DNA of 64,000 nt from Catajapyx aquilonaris (lineage: Eukaryota): positions 1 to 64,000 of the forward strand of contig JYFJ02001102.1 in the NCBI GenBank assembly GCA_000934665.2, written 5' to 3'. Shown in pieces: positions 20,302 to 32,700 of the stretch (within the stretch, counting starts at the first letter, position 1; each line of letters opens with the position of its first letter). The notes beneath the pieces are model-generated. The model had not been told where the DNA came from. It saw only the letters and a list, made by a program, of their open reading frames with translations, and did no database searches. Position numbers and translations under genes: made by a program.

Positions 20302-23218
20302 ATGGATAGTCAAGGCCCAATGCAATCTGGCCCAGGGGCAGCCCCTGGGCAGGAACAAGAACAGACTTACCCAGGTCTGCGGGGGACTAAGGAATGGCAC
20401 CAGTCAGTGACTCCTGACCTCAGAAATCATCTGGTACACAAACTGTGAGTATCCAGTTTTGGGTAGGAATTTGTAAGAAGATGTATTTTCCTCTGAATAA
20501 TGTCAGTGGTGATTGACAAATTCTGTAAACCACAGGGTACAAGCAATATTTCCAACACCGGACCCTCAGACCATGCAAGACAATCGGATGCACAACCTGG
20601 TGGCTTATGCCAGAAAAGTTGAAGGGGACATGTACGAGATGGCTAACTCGAGGGTGAGTGTTGTGCCCAGGTTGTGCCCCAAGTAGTTAGCATTGCTGCC
20701 AGAATAACAAGATAGTGTAATACTCCTAAGATAATTCCAACTAACATAATGGATGTCAAATGTTATATTGACTAAAGTGAACAGCATGGCATTTCAAATC
20801 TGCAGCTTCCAACTTTAGGGGAACTCACATGACAAAATATCCTGATCACTGTTGAGACTTATACTTGCGCAGCTGTAATTTTTTTGGCCCTCTCGCGACC
20901 AAATCAATATGGTATCTGAAATTAACCCTGGAACCGTGCCATGCCTACGAGTATTACGGCAACCGTGCCGTGGGGTCTTTTCGGACCCCACCATATTTTA
21001 ATTTTTATTAATTATTATATAATACTTTTCGATGTGTTGACTATATTATACAATCATTCTTTGAACAATGCCTAAAAGGATCGCTAATTCAAAAGAAACC
21101 TGCAATTCCTGTTATATAATGTAAAAAAATGGCAGAAGTTCATTGTAATTATCATTTTAATGCATTTTTTCCTTGGGGTCCAAAAAGACCCCACAGCACG
21201 GTTCCAGGGTTAATGTTTTCATGTAGCCTTGCTATGTAATTTGAATTTTTATTTTTCTGTGTATATGAATGTATCAAAAGTGATTCCAGGCAAATTGGTC
21301 AAGTAGTTGCGAGCCTCGCGAATTTGTGTCCATATACTCATGGACAACCCTAGCAACACGTAACTGTGGAGTGGCATGCTTGAAGAGCACTAATGCAGAG
21401 TTGAGGAAAAGAAATATTATTTTCAACTGCAGAGTGGAGCAGGATCAATGAGATATGAGAATGTGTGGGGAGGAGGAAAAAAAGTACTTTTAATACCTGC
21501 TAGCACCAGGTCAGACGCATTAAGCTTTTGTCAGATCAAGTCAGATGTATTGAGCTTGTCAGCTTTTGGTCTGTGGACATTTTTGACAGTCAGACACAAT
21601 CAGATGGAAGAACCATCTTGTGGAAATCAGAAACAATGTGTATGTCTGCAGACAGCCCTAAGATGTGGTTGCAATTACTAGCAGTTGTAGAAAATACCTA
21701 TCAGGCTCTATACTTTTCAAATCTGTCATAACCCTTTGCAAGTGACAAAGGGTAGCATTTATACATGGAGAAGTACAAGCCATTCCTTGTTTAGTTCCGC
21801 CCTAGGTCTTAAAGTTTCTTGTTGATTTAATTTTAAGTGATGGCTGAAGATATTCTCTCACAAGCTTCACTGGAATACTACCAAGTTGTGATTTTTCCTT
21901 GTTTCTCTAGTGTAGAGATATTCATTGATTTAGATCCATCCTGTAGAAGATTGAAAGTGATGTCAGGCTGTGATCTGAGTCGGTTCCAGGTTTCTAGAAT
22001 GAGTAATTGAATGAATTGAGTAAGGTGATGAATATTAAAACTTTATTTTCAGTCGGAGTATTACCACCTGCTGGCAGAGAAGCTTTACAAAATCCAAGCA
22101 GAACTAGGTGAGCTATACAGACGGATATTTGGAATTGGTTCGAGGAGATGTGACCCTACCAACACCTGTGGGCTGCTCTTTGCAGAGGAGAAGAGGCAGA
22201 AGCGAATGGAGATGCAACAGCAGCAGCAGGCACCTCCCCAGCAGCCAACTCAGCTGAGGCCGGTGGTACCCAATGTGTCCTTGCCGCTGAGGGGAGGACC
22301 TATGCTTCCAGCGGGTATGCAGGCAGCCCAAGGTGTGTGGAGCCAGTCCCCTGGTAAGTATACTTTTCAACTCTCAACTTGAAATTATGGGGGAAATTAT
22401 TTTATTGGTGGCTGGAAAGTCATGTAAGGAGAACGCAGGTGCCAAGATCATACAGGAACTACCAGGAACCAGATCCATTTGTATTCGAGTTCAAGTGCAG
22501 ACATGATTGTGCTTATTAGAGAAACTTCAGGCCTCCAGCTGCTGTAAACCTCAGAGATGGGATAACAGGGAAGAAATAACACTCACTCAGAATACACGTA
22601 GAATCTCTCAGCAAATATACTGTATCAGGCACTTCAATGCAATGATCAGTTAGCTCTGCCACTTGATTGCAAAATGTAACAAATAGCGTGGTTTTGATAT
22701 CCACTGTTAAATAATAATTGATGCCTAGAAGGGGTTGGTGTGGTCATGCTTTTTTATTTTTTTATTTTATTTTTACGTTACCCTGTGATAAGGCTGAGCC
22801 TTTTTAGGTGGGGTGGAATACCACCATTCCACTCCATTTTCCTGTATTTACTTCATTCACCGGTGCAAGGAGTCAAGGATGTAGGGTAGGGATAGGGATT
22901 TTTGGGGAGGGAACATGGGTGCAAGGTGCAATGTCGTAGCTATGGATCATGTGCTGTTCCCCAGGAGGTTAGGTTGCCAGACGCCTCCTTGGTGCAGGTC
23001 AGAGACCCTCCTGACGCATGTGAAAGGAGAGTTCCCCAGGCGGGGATTGAACCTGGGGCCTTTCACTCAGCAAGCCGAGACGTTACCATCTCGGCCATCT
23101 ACACCTCCCCTGGTCATGCTTATCTAAACTCATGACATCTTGGTCACTAATACTGAAGTAATACTGAATATGGTGTTTCTGTTGTTACTAATTCAGGCAG
23201 TGCTGCAGGAGCAGCAGC

Positions 23219-23250
<32 letters not shown>

Positions 23251-23403
23251 CAACAACAACCAATGGGCATGAATCCTGGTCAGAGGGAGCTTTGGATGGA
23301 GCACCAACTGCATTGTGGTCAGCCAGCCGAGGTCAGAGAGGAGCACACACCTACCCTGAAGAGTGACATAGTTGTGGGTCAAATGGCAGCCTTAAACTTC
23401 TAA
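20302..23403 (+). CDS. CBP-derived partial paralogue B: stand-alone KIX-domain protein (217 or 228 aa)
   Basis: Exons 20302-20444, 20536-20653, 22053-22107, 22186-22353, then 23201-23403 (polyQ/H frame) or 23197-23366; all GT-AG and phase-consistent with no stops. [86 protein letters not shown]. Confidence 0.82.
20926..21209. mobile_element. piggyBac-type MITE (284 bp) in intron 2 of the KIX gene
   Basis: TTAA on both sides (20922-20925, 21210-21213); perfect 14-bp TIR CCCTGGAACCGTGC; asymmetric subterminal inverted repeat AACCGTGCCGTGGGGTCTTTTCGGACCCCA / TGGGGTCCAAAAAGACCCCACAGCACGGTT. Confidence 0.9.
22752..23110 (-). mobile_element. tRNA-derived SINE in intron 4 of the KIX gene
   Basis: Minus strand begins GGGGAGGTGTAGATGGCCGAGATGG (box A) ... 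GGTTCAATCCC (box B); A-rich tail; 11-bp TSD TGGTCATGCTT at 22741-22751 and 23111-23121. Confidence 0.88.
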
Positions 23404-25165
23404 TGCTCCACATTTGATCTCCTGGTTGGACAAAGTGATTTTCTCCTTCATTGACTTTTCTCTGGAGTGTTTTTATGCCCTTTCCCTTCCAAATACGATA
23501 CATCTACATAATAATGCAGTCACTTAATAAAGTCAAGCCAATAAAAGAAAGGTTCCATGAAATACCCATTGTCATAAACTGTATAATTATAACTGCATAC
23601 AGCTGCTACACATTGTATTACTATTTTACGAAAGATATCAGTGCAGGCCTAACACTCCCTGATGTTAATCATTGGTTGCTGCTCTTCCAGTGAACCTCTT
23701 TAAACGAGATGCTGTTATATTCATATTGGACTGGCGGCACCTGAAGGACTGACATTAATGCATTGTCATAAGATATTTATCCAGAGTGCATTTTTTGGTC
23801 TACCTAAACAGGTACAGTAGGCTATAGTAGGAATCAGAATATTATGAACTTTGAAAAAATTGTAGAGCTGTAAATTGCACCAGTGCAAGGGTTTGGGCTG
23901 GTCATAGTAGGAGGGGGTCAGATAATTCAGACCCTTCCTAATCTACCCTCCTTGGGCTTATATCAGGAGGGGTAGTGGGCCTTCTAAACTAATTCGTTAA
24001 CTTTTTTGAAGACGCACCCTTTTGCATTTTTGACAGCAAATATGAATTCTAAGGTGTCGAAAACATATATTTTCATACCTGATTCATACCAGCCATGTCA
24101 AAAGTAGATCTAGCACCCACGTCAACCCAAGGTGATAAATGAGGAACAGAAAGAGTTGACCCCCTGAAGTAGCCACGCCTCTGTGGGTGGGACGAAGGTT
24201 CCCTTCTTGGTTCGGTCTAGTCACGCCAGAGGGAAACTAATCGCAACACTTCCCTGCTCCATCAGAGGTTCAGTCACGGCAAAGGACTTGTCACATGCTC
24301 TCAAGTTATTAGCTCTTGCTTGTAGCACATAATATTGTGGAGCAGCAACATGGCGACGAGAAAAGTAATTGTTCAGTAGCAAATAAATGGAACAGGAGCA
24401 ATGATTATAGCAATGATCAATGGTTGTAATTAATTTTAATAAAGAAACCAATATATTCCATCTGCTTAATAAATTCAAGCATTATTTCATATTATCCACC
24501 CTTACTCCTTGCATGTCACATTATGTTTCAATCATGCATGTCATTCCTTGCTCACTTGCAGTATGTACAGTATTTACTTATAATAAGTTATTTATAAATT
24601 TCATACCAATTATGACTAAGAGACTCAGTCTTTTAAACGTACCCCGCTATTTTGTAGCTAATATTATTAGTAGCCGCTTTGAAGTCACTGCTATCTGCCT
24701 CAGCCGTTGTGCTTGTTTCGGTCCGACCGAGTATAGGGAATGATTAGCGGGTTAGCCAACCACGAAAGTGTCATCAGCAACTGGAGGACACTTCTAGACC
24801 CTCTGAGAGTCTGAGTGCAGCAGGGGGGACGACAGACCGGGGGTTCGATGCTGGGGACAAGCCTCGTCTGGCCGTCGACAGATCACCCGGCCGGCAGCGG
24901 CACCATCAGGATGGACGGCAGCGCTGTAGCAGCGCCAGACGGCCGGCAATGTTGATCGTTCCATCGCCATCAGCTGCAGCAGAAGGAGGGGATCACGTGC
25001 GGGACATCTGGACGATCACTAGTCCCCACTCGAGGTGCCTGCATTTGTCACTTGACTCTAATCACACTACAGGATGTAGTACACTCAAGAGTTGTACGTC
25101 TTCTCCTTCAACCGTCCGCATTGTTCCATTCTAGGAATGTCCAGTGACCTGGCCAAATCAGGGGG

Positions 25166-28100
25166 ATGGGCAGCCAACCGGTGCTGTTTGAGCGCTGGTC
25201 CGGTTCAGTGGCGGACCCAAAGTTCGACTCGGAGATCCTCGAGGGGCAGTTCCGCAGGTCCACGGCTCCGCAGATACGCCTGCGTCTGAGGGTGGCCCTG
25301 CTCTACGTCCTCATCTCCTCCCTGGCATGGACCCTCTTCTTTTCATCCGCACACGACTCCGCCCCAGGGATGGCCCTCGGGTCCTTCTCCCTGGCGGCTC
25401 TCTCCGGGGCGGCCTCTGTCGTCACCAGGACAGCGTTCTACAAGCGGAGGGTCTATGTCGTCGGAGGAGTGGCGTCAGGAGTGCTCTGTCTTGCCACGCT
25501 GCTTGGGTTCATGGGAAGAGGTATTGCCTGCCTATCCAAATCGCATCAGTACAGTTAATGCACAAGAGTTGACAAACTCCCACTCTGAGAATATGGAAGT
25601 GTGCTTTTGTCGCATTTTTATTTATGGATCTTAGTAATCTCTCTCTGCACATCTGTGTGCACAGTTCTGTGCACATTGATCAGTTTGAGTTGCAAGGCCA
25701 TCTGTAAAAGGGAGTCTTTGTCACTCTTCCATGAATTAGCATGTGCATGTTAATGCATTTGTGAGACATGGTAAATAGACTCGTTTAAACGTGCACGTGT
25801 ACACCTTCAGCTGTTCCGTGAATCACTTGTGACCTTCACAGTATTTGCGTGTAACATGTAGTACATTTGTTTTCACTGTTGCAGATTACACATTTATTAA
25901 GTAATAGCCAGAAGCTTGTCTCTTGATGATGTAGGGATGAATTTGATGATAAACTTCGGGTTACTGAAACTTCCTGCATCGTCATCAGATAAAATGTGAC
26001 TGCAAGATGATTTAAATCACTGAATTCTTGGCATATTTGCAGAATATCCTAGTGGAGTAACGCATTTGCAATGGAATAATTTACAAGGACAGTATTATTA
26101 ACTTCACAGAAGTAACTTTATTGCCACAAGCTCTATGCGAGTGATGTCATGATATTGTAAGACTTTATCTTTTCCGCAGATGGCAGCCCTGTATCGGTGA
26201 GCCTGACTGGCTTGTCATCAATGGCCATTCAGGTGCTGCTTCTGAATTACACGGTGATGCCGCTTCCCCTGTACGCATGTGTGGTCATCAACATCGTGTA
26301 CTCCATTGCTTTTGAGATCTTGGCCGCCCTGGTTGGGGAAGGTTGCGGTGGCAGCGGTGGAGTGATATTTGCCAGGTGTCTGTTTCACCTGTGCGTGCAT
26401 GTTATCGGTCTGCACATACTGGTCAAATCCCAGGTGCGGATGAGAAGCATGTTCATGAAGGTGGGACAGTCGCTGCTTGTTAGATGCCAACTGGAGATGG
26501 AGAAGCATCTGAAGGAGAAAATGATCCATTCGGTCAGTTCAAAGGTAGAAGGAAATTTCCAGAGCATTGCGTAACATGCAGCATTTAATTTTAACAGGTG
26601 ATGCCGCCTAAAGTAGCAGAATGGCTTATGTCTGAAGCAGTTGCCGAAGAGAGTGTGACAATGGGTGAAGATGGGGAACGTTCAGAGTGCTCTTTTGGCC
26701 TTCGAAAGGTGTCATCACCACGTTCTTCTAACACTGCAGCCACCTTGAATGCAGTGGGCAAAGGTGATGACCTCCGCTCCCTCTTCCGGCCATTCAACAT
26801 GCACCGGATGGAATCCGTCTCCATTCTCTTTGCGGACATTGTGGGCTTCACTGGAATGAGCTCCAACAAGACAGCAGAGCAGCTGGTGACCCTCTTAAAT
26901 GACCTGTTTGGAAGGTTTGATGTCCTCTGCGGACGCCATGGATGTGAGAAGATCAGCACTCTTGGGGACTGCTACTATTGTGTTTCCGGTTGTCCCGAGC
27001 CACGTCCTGACCATGCCCTCTGCTGTGTTGAGATGGGACTTGCCATGATAGGGGCTATTGCTCTGTTTGACCAGGAGCGTAAAGAGTCTGTGGACATGCG
27101 AGTTGGTGTCCACACAGGGACTGTCCTCTGTGGAATTGTAGGGACCAAGAGGTTTAAGTTTGATGTTTGGTCTAATGATGTCACACTAGCGAACAGAATG
27201 GAATCCACTGGACGTCCTGGGAAGGTGCATGTGTCGGAGAAGACCCTGGCCTTCCTGCAGAATCAGTACTATGTGCAGCCTGCTGAACCTGTTCAAGGGG
27301 TGAGTTTTCAAATGCATGTGTAATATTTTTAATTTTTGATGATTGCCATAGTATTGATATACCTGTGTCTCCAATTGCTAGCTGAAGACTTACTTTATAC
27401 TTGGCCGCCGAGCTGAGATGGTGACCCAAGCCCTGGCTGTAGAGCCGTGGCTGTGCCCCCCTTCCCCTCTGCAACAATCGCCAGTGCGGCACCATCCATG
27501 CCCTACGCAGGGGCTGCCCCTAAGTAACCTGCCCCATATGGATGAGAAGAAGTCCTCCTCACTACCCTCTGTGTTTGATCCATCGAAGGGTGCAGGGGTG
27601 AGCATTCGCGATTTGGAAGAAATGGCCATCAAGAAGAATCCGAAGAAGAGACGGGAATCACGTCGGAAAGGGCTGGCAACGCTTCAGAGGTTGAAGAGGG
27701 CATCGGAGCGTCGGCAGCCATTACTAGACAGGGGGGCTAATGGAATTACTAACGGGGATTCCTTCCGGAGTCGCAGCAAGACCATGGTGCATGGGGCAAG
27801 CGAAGGGGTCAACCTTGGACAGCTGTCGCCTGGGAGTCTAAGCTTGAGCCATGGCTCAATCCAGCAACAGATTTGTGCCATGAATGGGATTGCCCCAGAA
27901 TGTGGGGGGCACGCAGGCAGCCGGGTGAGCAGCTACTACACTGCCAGCCACTCCACCATAAATGATCCAACTTCCACCAATGGTGAGTTGCATTTTTAAA
28001 ACCCTTAACATGTCCCTTCACTTACCTCGGAAGTCTGCGCAGTTGGTGGAACATTTGTTTCCAACTCAAGTTGATACCTATGACTTTAGAGTGACAAAAT

Positions 28101-29777
28101 TGACACCGCATTTGCGTCATTAATCAGTATTATTCTATTTAGCAAAATTTTAATACCTTTTTGTACCCACTAGATGTGTCCCCGGTAGCTACGAGTGGTG
28201 GGAGCGGTGGTGGACCAGAAGCGCAAATTCCACTGAATGAGAAACTAGCCCAGTCGCTTCAGCTGCGCAAACAGTCTGACATGCAGATGATTCGTTGCAT
28301 CCAGGACGATTCTTCCCACCGCCAGTATTTTTTGCGTCCTCCACTGCATCTGGCCACCCTTTTCTTCCTGGACAAGGATATGGAGAGGGCCTACCGACAG
28401 TGTGCCCACTGCTACGACGAGGGGCCGCCAACCACTCTGACGTCCCCCAAAGTCAACACTATAGTGGATGTTGGCGTAGCTGCAGTGGTGGTTGCGCTTC
28501 TCTGCATAGCCATGTTTGCATCCTTCCCACCTTCCATTCCATATGCAGTGATCTTCCCACTGGCAACGCTGACTGTTTCTGCCGCACTCTACACTGTCAT
28601 CAGGCATTCCCGGTTACTGACTGGCAAACAGTCATGGGTAATACGGCATGTGACAGGTGGAATAGTTGTTTCCATACCTGCTATAATAACACTTTCAAAT
28701 GCGGGTTGCACTGATCTAGCGACATTGAGCACTGCTGCTCTGGTCTCGCTGGTTCACTTTTGCGATTTCTCCCAGCTGGGATGCTGGGCCCGGACAGGGC
28801 TGGCTGCCCTGGCTGGTGCGGCCACAGTGGGAATCTGTGTCCCATGCCCTGCTCCAGCATGGCAGCATTGGGAGCTGGGTGTCTGCATCTTGCTGACCCT
28901 GATTTTAGTAGGATTCCTTAACCGCGAATTTGAGATGGGATTTAGACTTGGATTTCACTGCGCCAAGGTGGCCGCTCAGGATCGTAAAAGGGTGCAGACC
29001 TTGAAAGACCAAGCTGACTGGCTGCTTCATAACATAATCCCAAGGCACGTGGCAGAGCGACTTAAGACGGAGGCCAAGTACTCACAGAATCACCGCCGGG
29101 TTGGAATCGTGTTTGCAAGTATAGTCAACTTCAACGAGATGTACGATGAGACATACCAGGGCGGCAAGGAATATTTGAGGGTACTGAACGAGCTGATTGG
29201 CGACTTTGATGAGCTGCTGGACTTACCGCAATATCATAATGTGGAGAAGATCAAAACTATTGGCAGCACTTTTATGGCTGCCTCAGGACTCAACCCTCAA
29301 GCCAGGGAGACCAACGAGCATCCAGACCAGCATCTTTTTGAGTTGGTTGACTTCGCGTTGGAGATGCAGGTGGGTGTACGACCCTGTATAAGGATTCAAA
29401 GTACTGTGCTAATATCTTAAGTTCTTAACCTGTTGTTCTGACAGGATGTGATAGCCGAATTCAACCGTGACCTGATAGAATTCAACCTGATTCTGCGTGT
29501 TGGTTTGAACTTTGGTGACGTAACGGCAGGTGTGATTGGCACGACCAAGCTTTATTATGACATCTGGGGAGATGCGGTGAACATTTCCAGCAGGATGGAT
29601 ACTACTGGTGTTCAAGGAAGGATTCAGGTCAGCCAAGCCTGTGTTCCCGTACTCCAGGACAGGTACGAGCTGGAGGAGAGAGGGGACATATACGTCAAAG
29701 GGAAGGATCACATGTTGGTCTATCTGCTCAACAGTAGGAAGAAGGAAGAAGTTAGCCAAGATAGAAAGGAGGTCTAA
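25166..29777 (+). CDS. ADCY9: Transmembrane adenylyl cyclase type 9 (Ac13E-like), about 1180 aa; start codon uncertain
   Basis: Exons 25166-25520, 26180-26532, 26598-27299, 27382-27982, 28174-29369, 29445-29777, phase-consistent. Two hydrophobic TM clusters; C1a SILFADIVGFT, EKISTLGDCYYCVSGCPEPRPDHA, RFKFDVWSNDV; C2a FASIVNF, KIKTIGSTFMAASGL, GTTKLYYDIWGDAVNISSRMDTTG are AC9-type signatures. Possible extra 5' exon 24949-25034 spliced to 25162. Confidence 0.93.
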
Positions 29778-32700
29778 TGCTAGTCAGAAACATAATGGTT
29801 TTATTTGCAGGGGCGATATCATGCAGTTACCTGTACTACAGTAGTACCCATGTTATCAGTTTATGGGTCAGTTAGCATAAGGTGAAGTGAGAGGTTCATA
29901 CTCCAATGAAATGGGCATGGAGAGACGAAAAGGCCATGTGTTTCTTGGCACAGTAACAAAGAGTTGCTCTTTGAAATGAACCTAAATCCATTTAGATTGA
30001 CTTGTTGGGAATTGCACTCAACTTTTGGGAAATATCAATACCAATCCTTGGGGGTACTGTAATTTTTACGAAGGTCCCGTTGAGTGTAGTTGGGGTTGAT
30101 CAGCAGTGTCAAATTCTAGAGTACGTTTCGAATAATTATTTCTCTGGAAGTGGATTAAAACTTCCTTCAAAAATTGCACTTTAAGATAGTGGCTTTTAAA
30201 TGTTTTATTTAGGTAGACGAATCACCAGAAGGTCAATTTTTAAAGAATTATCCTCAACTCTCAGAAAATAATTGCTGTTACATATTGACAAACATTTTAT
30301 GGCCTTTTAATATATTAATACTTTCATGCATTTAAAATGCATTCCGTAGACGCTTGAAATATGTGATTGAAATATATTGAAAGCTCATGAGTCATACATA
30401 AAGGGTATTGACCATCCAGCAATACCCGCAATACTACTGGAGGATTGAAACTCATGTTCAAAATGCGTAATATTTTTATGGAGAGTTGGGGCTTTACTTG
30501 AAAGTCAATGCACGATGATGTTAATGTGAAAATGTTCGATTCCTTATATCTACGCTTGGAATTGCGTGAGAGAGAATAATTGGAACAACATCTTGAGTAC
30601 GTACATTTTGCCACTACTTATACATATTGATCAGAAGGTATTCTTGAAACGCACAAGTCCATTTCAGACCAAAAAAGATCGTGTGAATGTGACGGAACAG
30701 CAAAGACGTCAATCATTTACCAAAATGCTAGTCGTAATTTCCCATGTGCATGTGGTTTGTGGGATAAGATGTAATGAAACTAAGCACTTGGGAAGTCATC
30801 ATAATTCTTCTCTTTCCACATTTGAAGTGAATGAGTGCCTAAGTTAAAAAAAACAACTCTGTTCCTATACCATATAATATTGTTAACGAAACCTGTTGTT
30901 GAATTTTATTCACCAAACTATTTTTCTTGAGCACTGTTTCTATCACTATTCTCTTGTGCTATCCTCTGTGCCTTTTAAAACACACCAAAAAAAAAGCTGA
31001 ATGTTGGTTTGAATGTAGGAGCAAAATCTCAAGTTAATGACTTTTAAACATTGTCAAAACTCTTGTGAACAACAAAATATTCTCAAACATGGGGACTTTT
31101 TTTTTCTACTCATTGGGTCCAATATGGGAACCTCATGCTGATATATACATTGTTTTTTTCTTCGTGCTTTTATAATAATCAGGTTGTGAGTCGATCAATT
31201 CAAGTGCGAGTCCATTGTATTGTAAGAGATACTTATTTGCAACATTGGGTATTGGTTTTAAATAAGCAAAAGTAGAGATTAATGTCGAAAGTTATATTTC
31301 GAAGCAATTATTTTTTTTTGTACATTTTGTTTTGTCTGAGGGGCTTCTCGTGTGAGTTGTGATAATTGTGCAGGTGATAGTTTAATGTTGTTACACTATA
31401 TTTTAGTTTATATTATTGAGAGATTATATAAGAGACAGATTTTAGTCATTTTTAAAATGTCACTATTATTTTATCCCAGATCAAAGTTTATTAGTTCCTT
31501 CTACGTACTCGTTTACTCCTGCAGAAGTAACAAGCATGATTTTAATTATTTCTGTCGATAGAACGTCTGCTTTTTGTTGTTGAGAATTTGCTTTAAGAGT
31601 TGATCATTTTACGTTCCCTTTGCTGGTTTTGCTGAGGAACTGTACATGATCTCAACTTGGATCATCTTTATGAAGCTATGAAATTGCTGAAATGTTTGGC
31701 CTGCGGTGAAGGACACTGGAAAATATCAGAGTGAAAGTGAAAAGTTGTGTGAATGTAAATAGGGAAATTGTTGGATTGAAAAGCATGGTACGTGTTGGTG
31801 TAAGTTTAATTGCCTCATTGACACATGAATCTGGGGTGAAATAGCCTTTGGTGAATTTTGACACATCGTCAGCAGTGCTTCTTAGTTGTTCACAGACCGT
31901 CACAAGCTGCATTTCTCACAGCAGTTGCAGGCAATGACTAGGGAAGGGGAAATAAACGCAGTAAATAATTTGTTGCCACTTTCGGGATCCAGATCATGGC
32001 TTCCTACCTTGATATTCTTTCCTTCAGTTTCTCATGTCATTGTGTCCTGCTGCGAGATATGTAGATAATGCCATTCCTGCAACACCTCTTCGTCCATATT
32101 GTGGAATTAAATCGATAATGTATCCCTCCATAACAGTAGTTACCATGAAGAGTGGGAGGAATGATGTGAATCAACAAGATTGAATAAAGAACGATTAGAA
32201 TATGACTGTGTACTCCAATGTTGTCACACATGGGGACATGTATTTCTTTTCGCTTAAAGTTGCTTGAATACAAGTTGCCTTCCTCCTCCCGCTGTTCAAA
32301 CTATTGTTCGTCATATCTAGTCCGCTGTGTGATTTACATGTTTTAGATTTACAAATAGCAACATGCAAGTTGTGCAGTTTTGTGTGCATAATACCTCATC
32401 AAATATTACGCAAATTGTACAAAGCAATCAATATTGACTGGTTCAGATGTTGGCTCAGATTTAATTATGTCACGGAGTAATTTTAGGGAGATGAATGACC
32501 TGCAAAGTACATGCCATGATGATTTCCAGTGTCTCGACCCAAGGAATATATTTTTATCCTCTTCCCATGTATTTCTTCCAAGTGCATTGCACTACTGCTT
32601 TTCTGATAAGCCTTATGAACAACCGTGTGGCAGATTTTGTTACGATGGGCATTGGTGTTTGCTGGTTTTCAAAAAAAAAAAAAAAAAGGTGAAATTACAA

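Noticed and set aside
15470..24635. CBP-like copies as an assembly artefact or retrocopy
   Set aside because: They are clearly diverged from the parent, rearranged, keep introns and carry private TE insertions. Long-read confirmation is still desirable.
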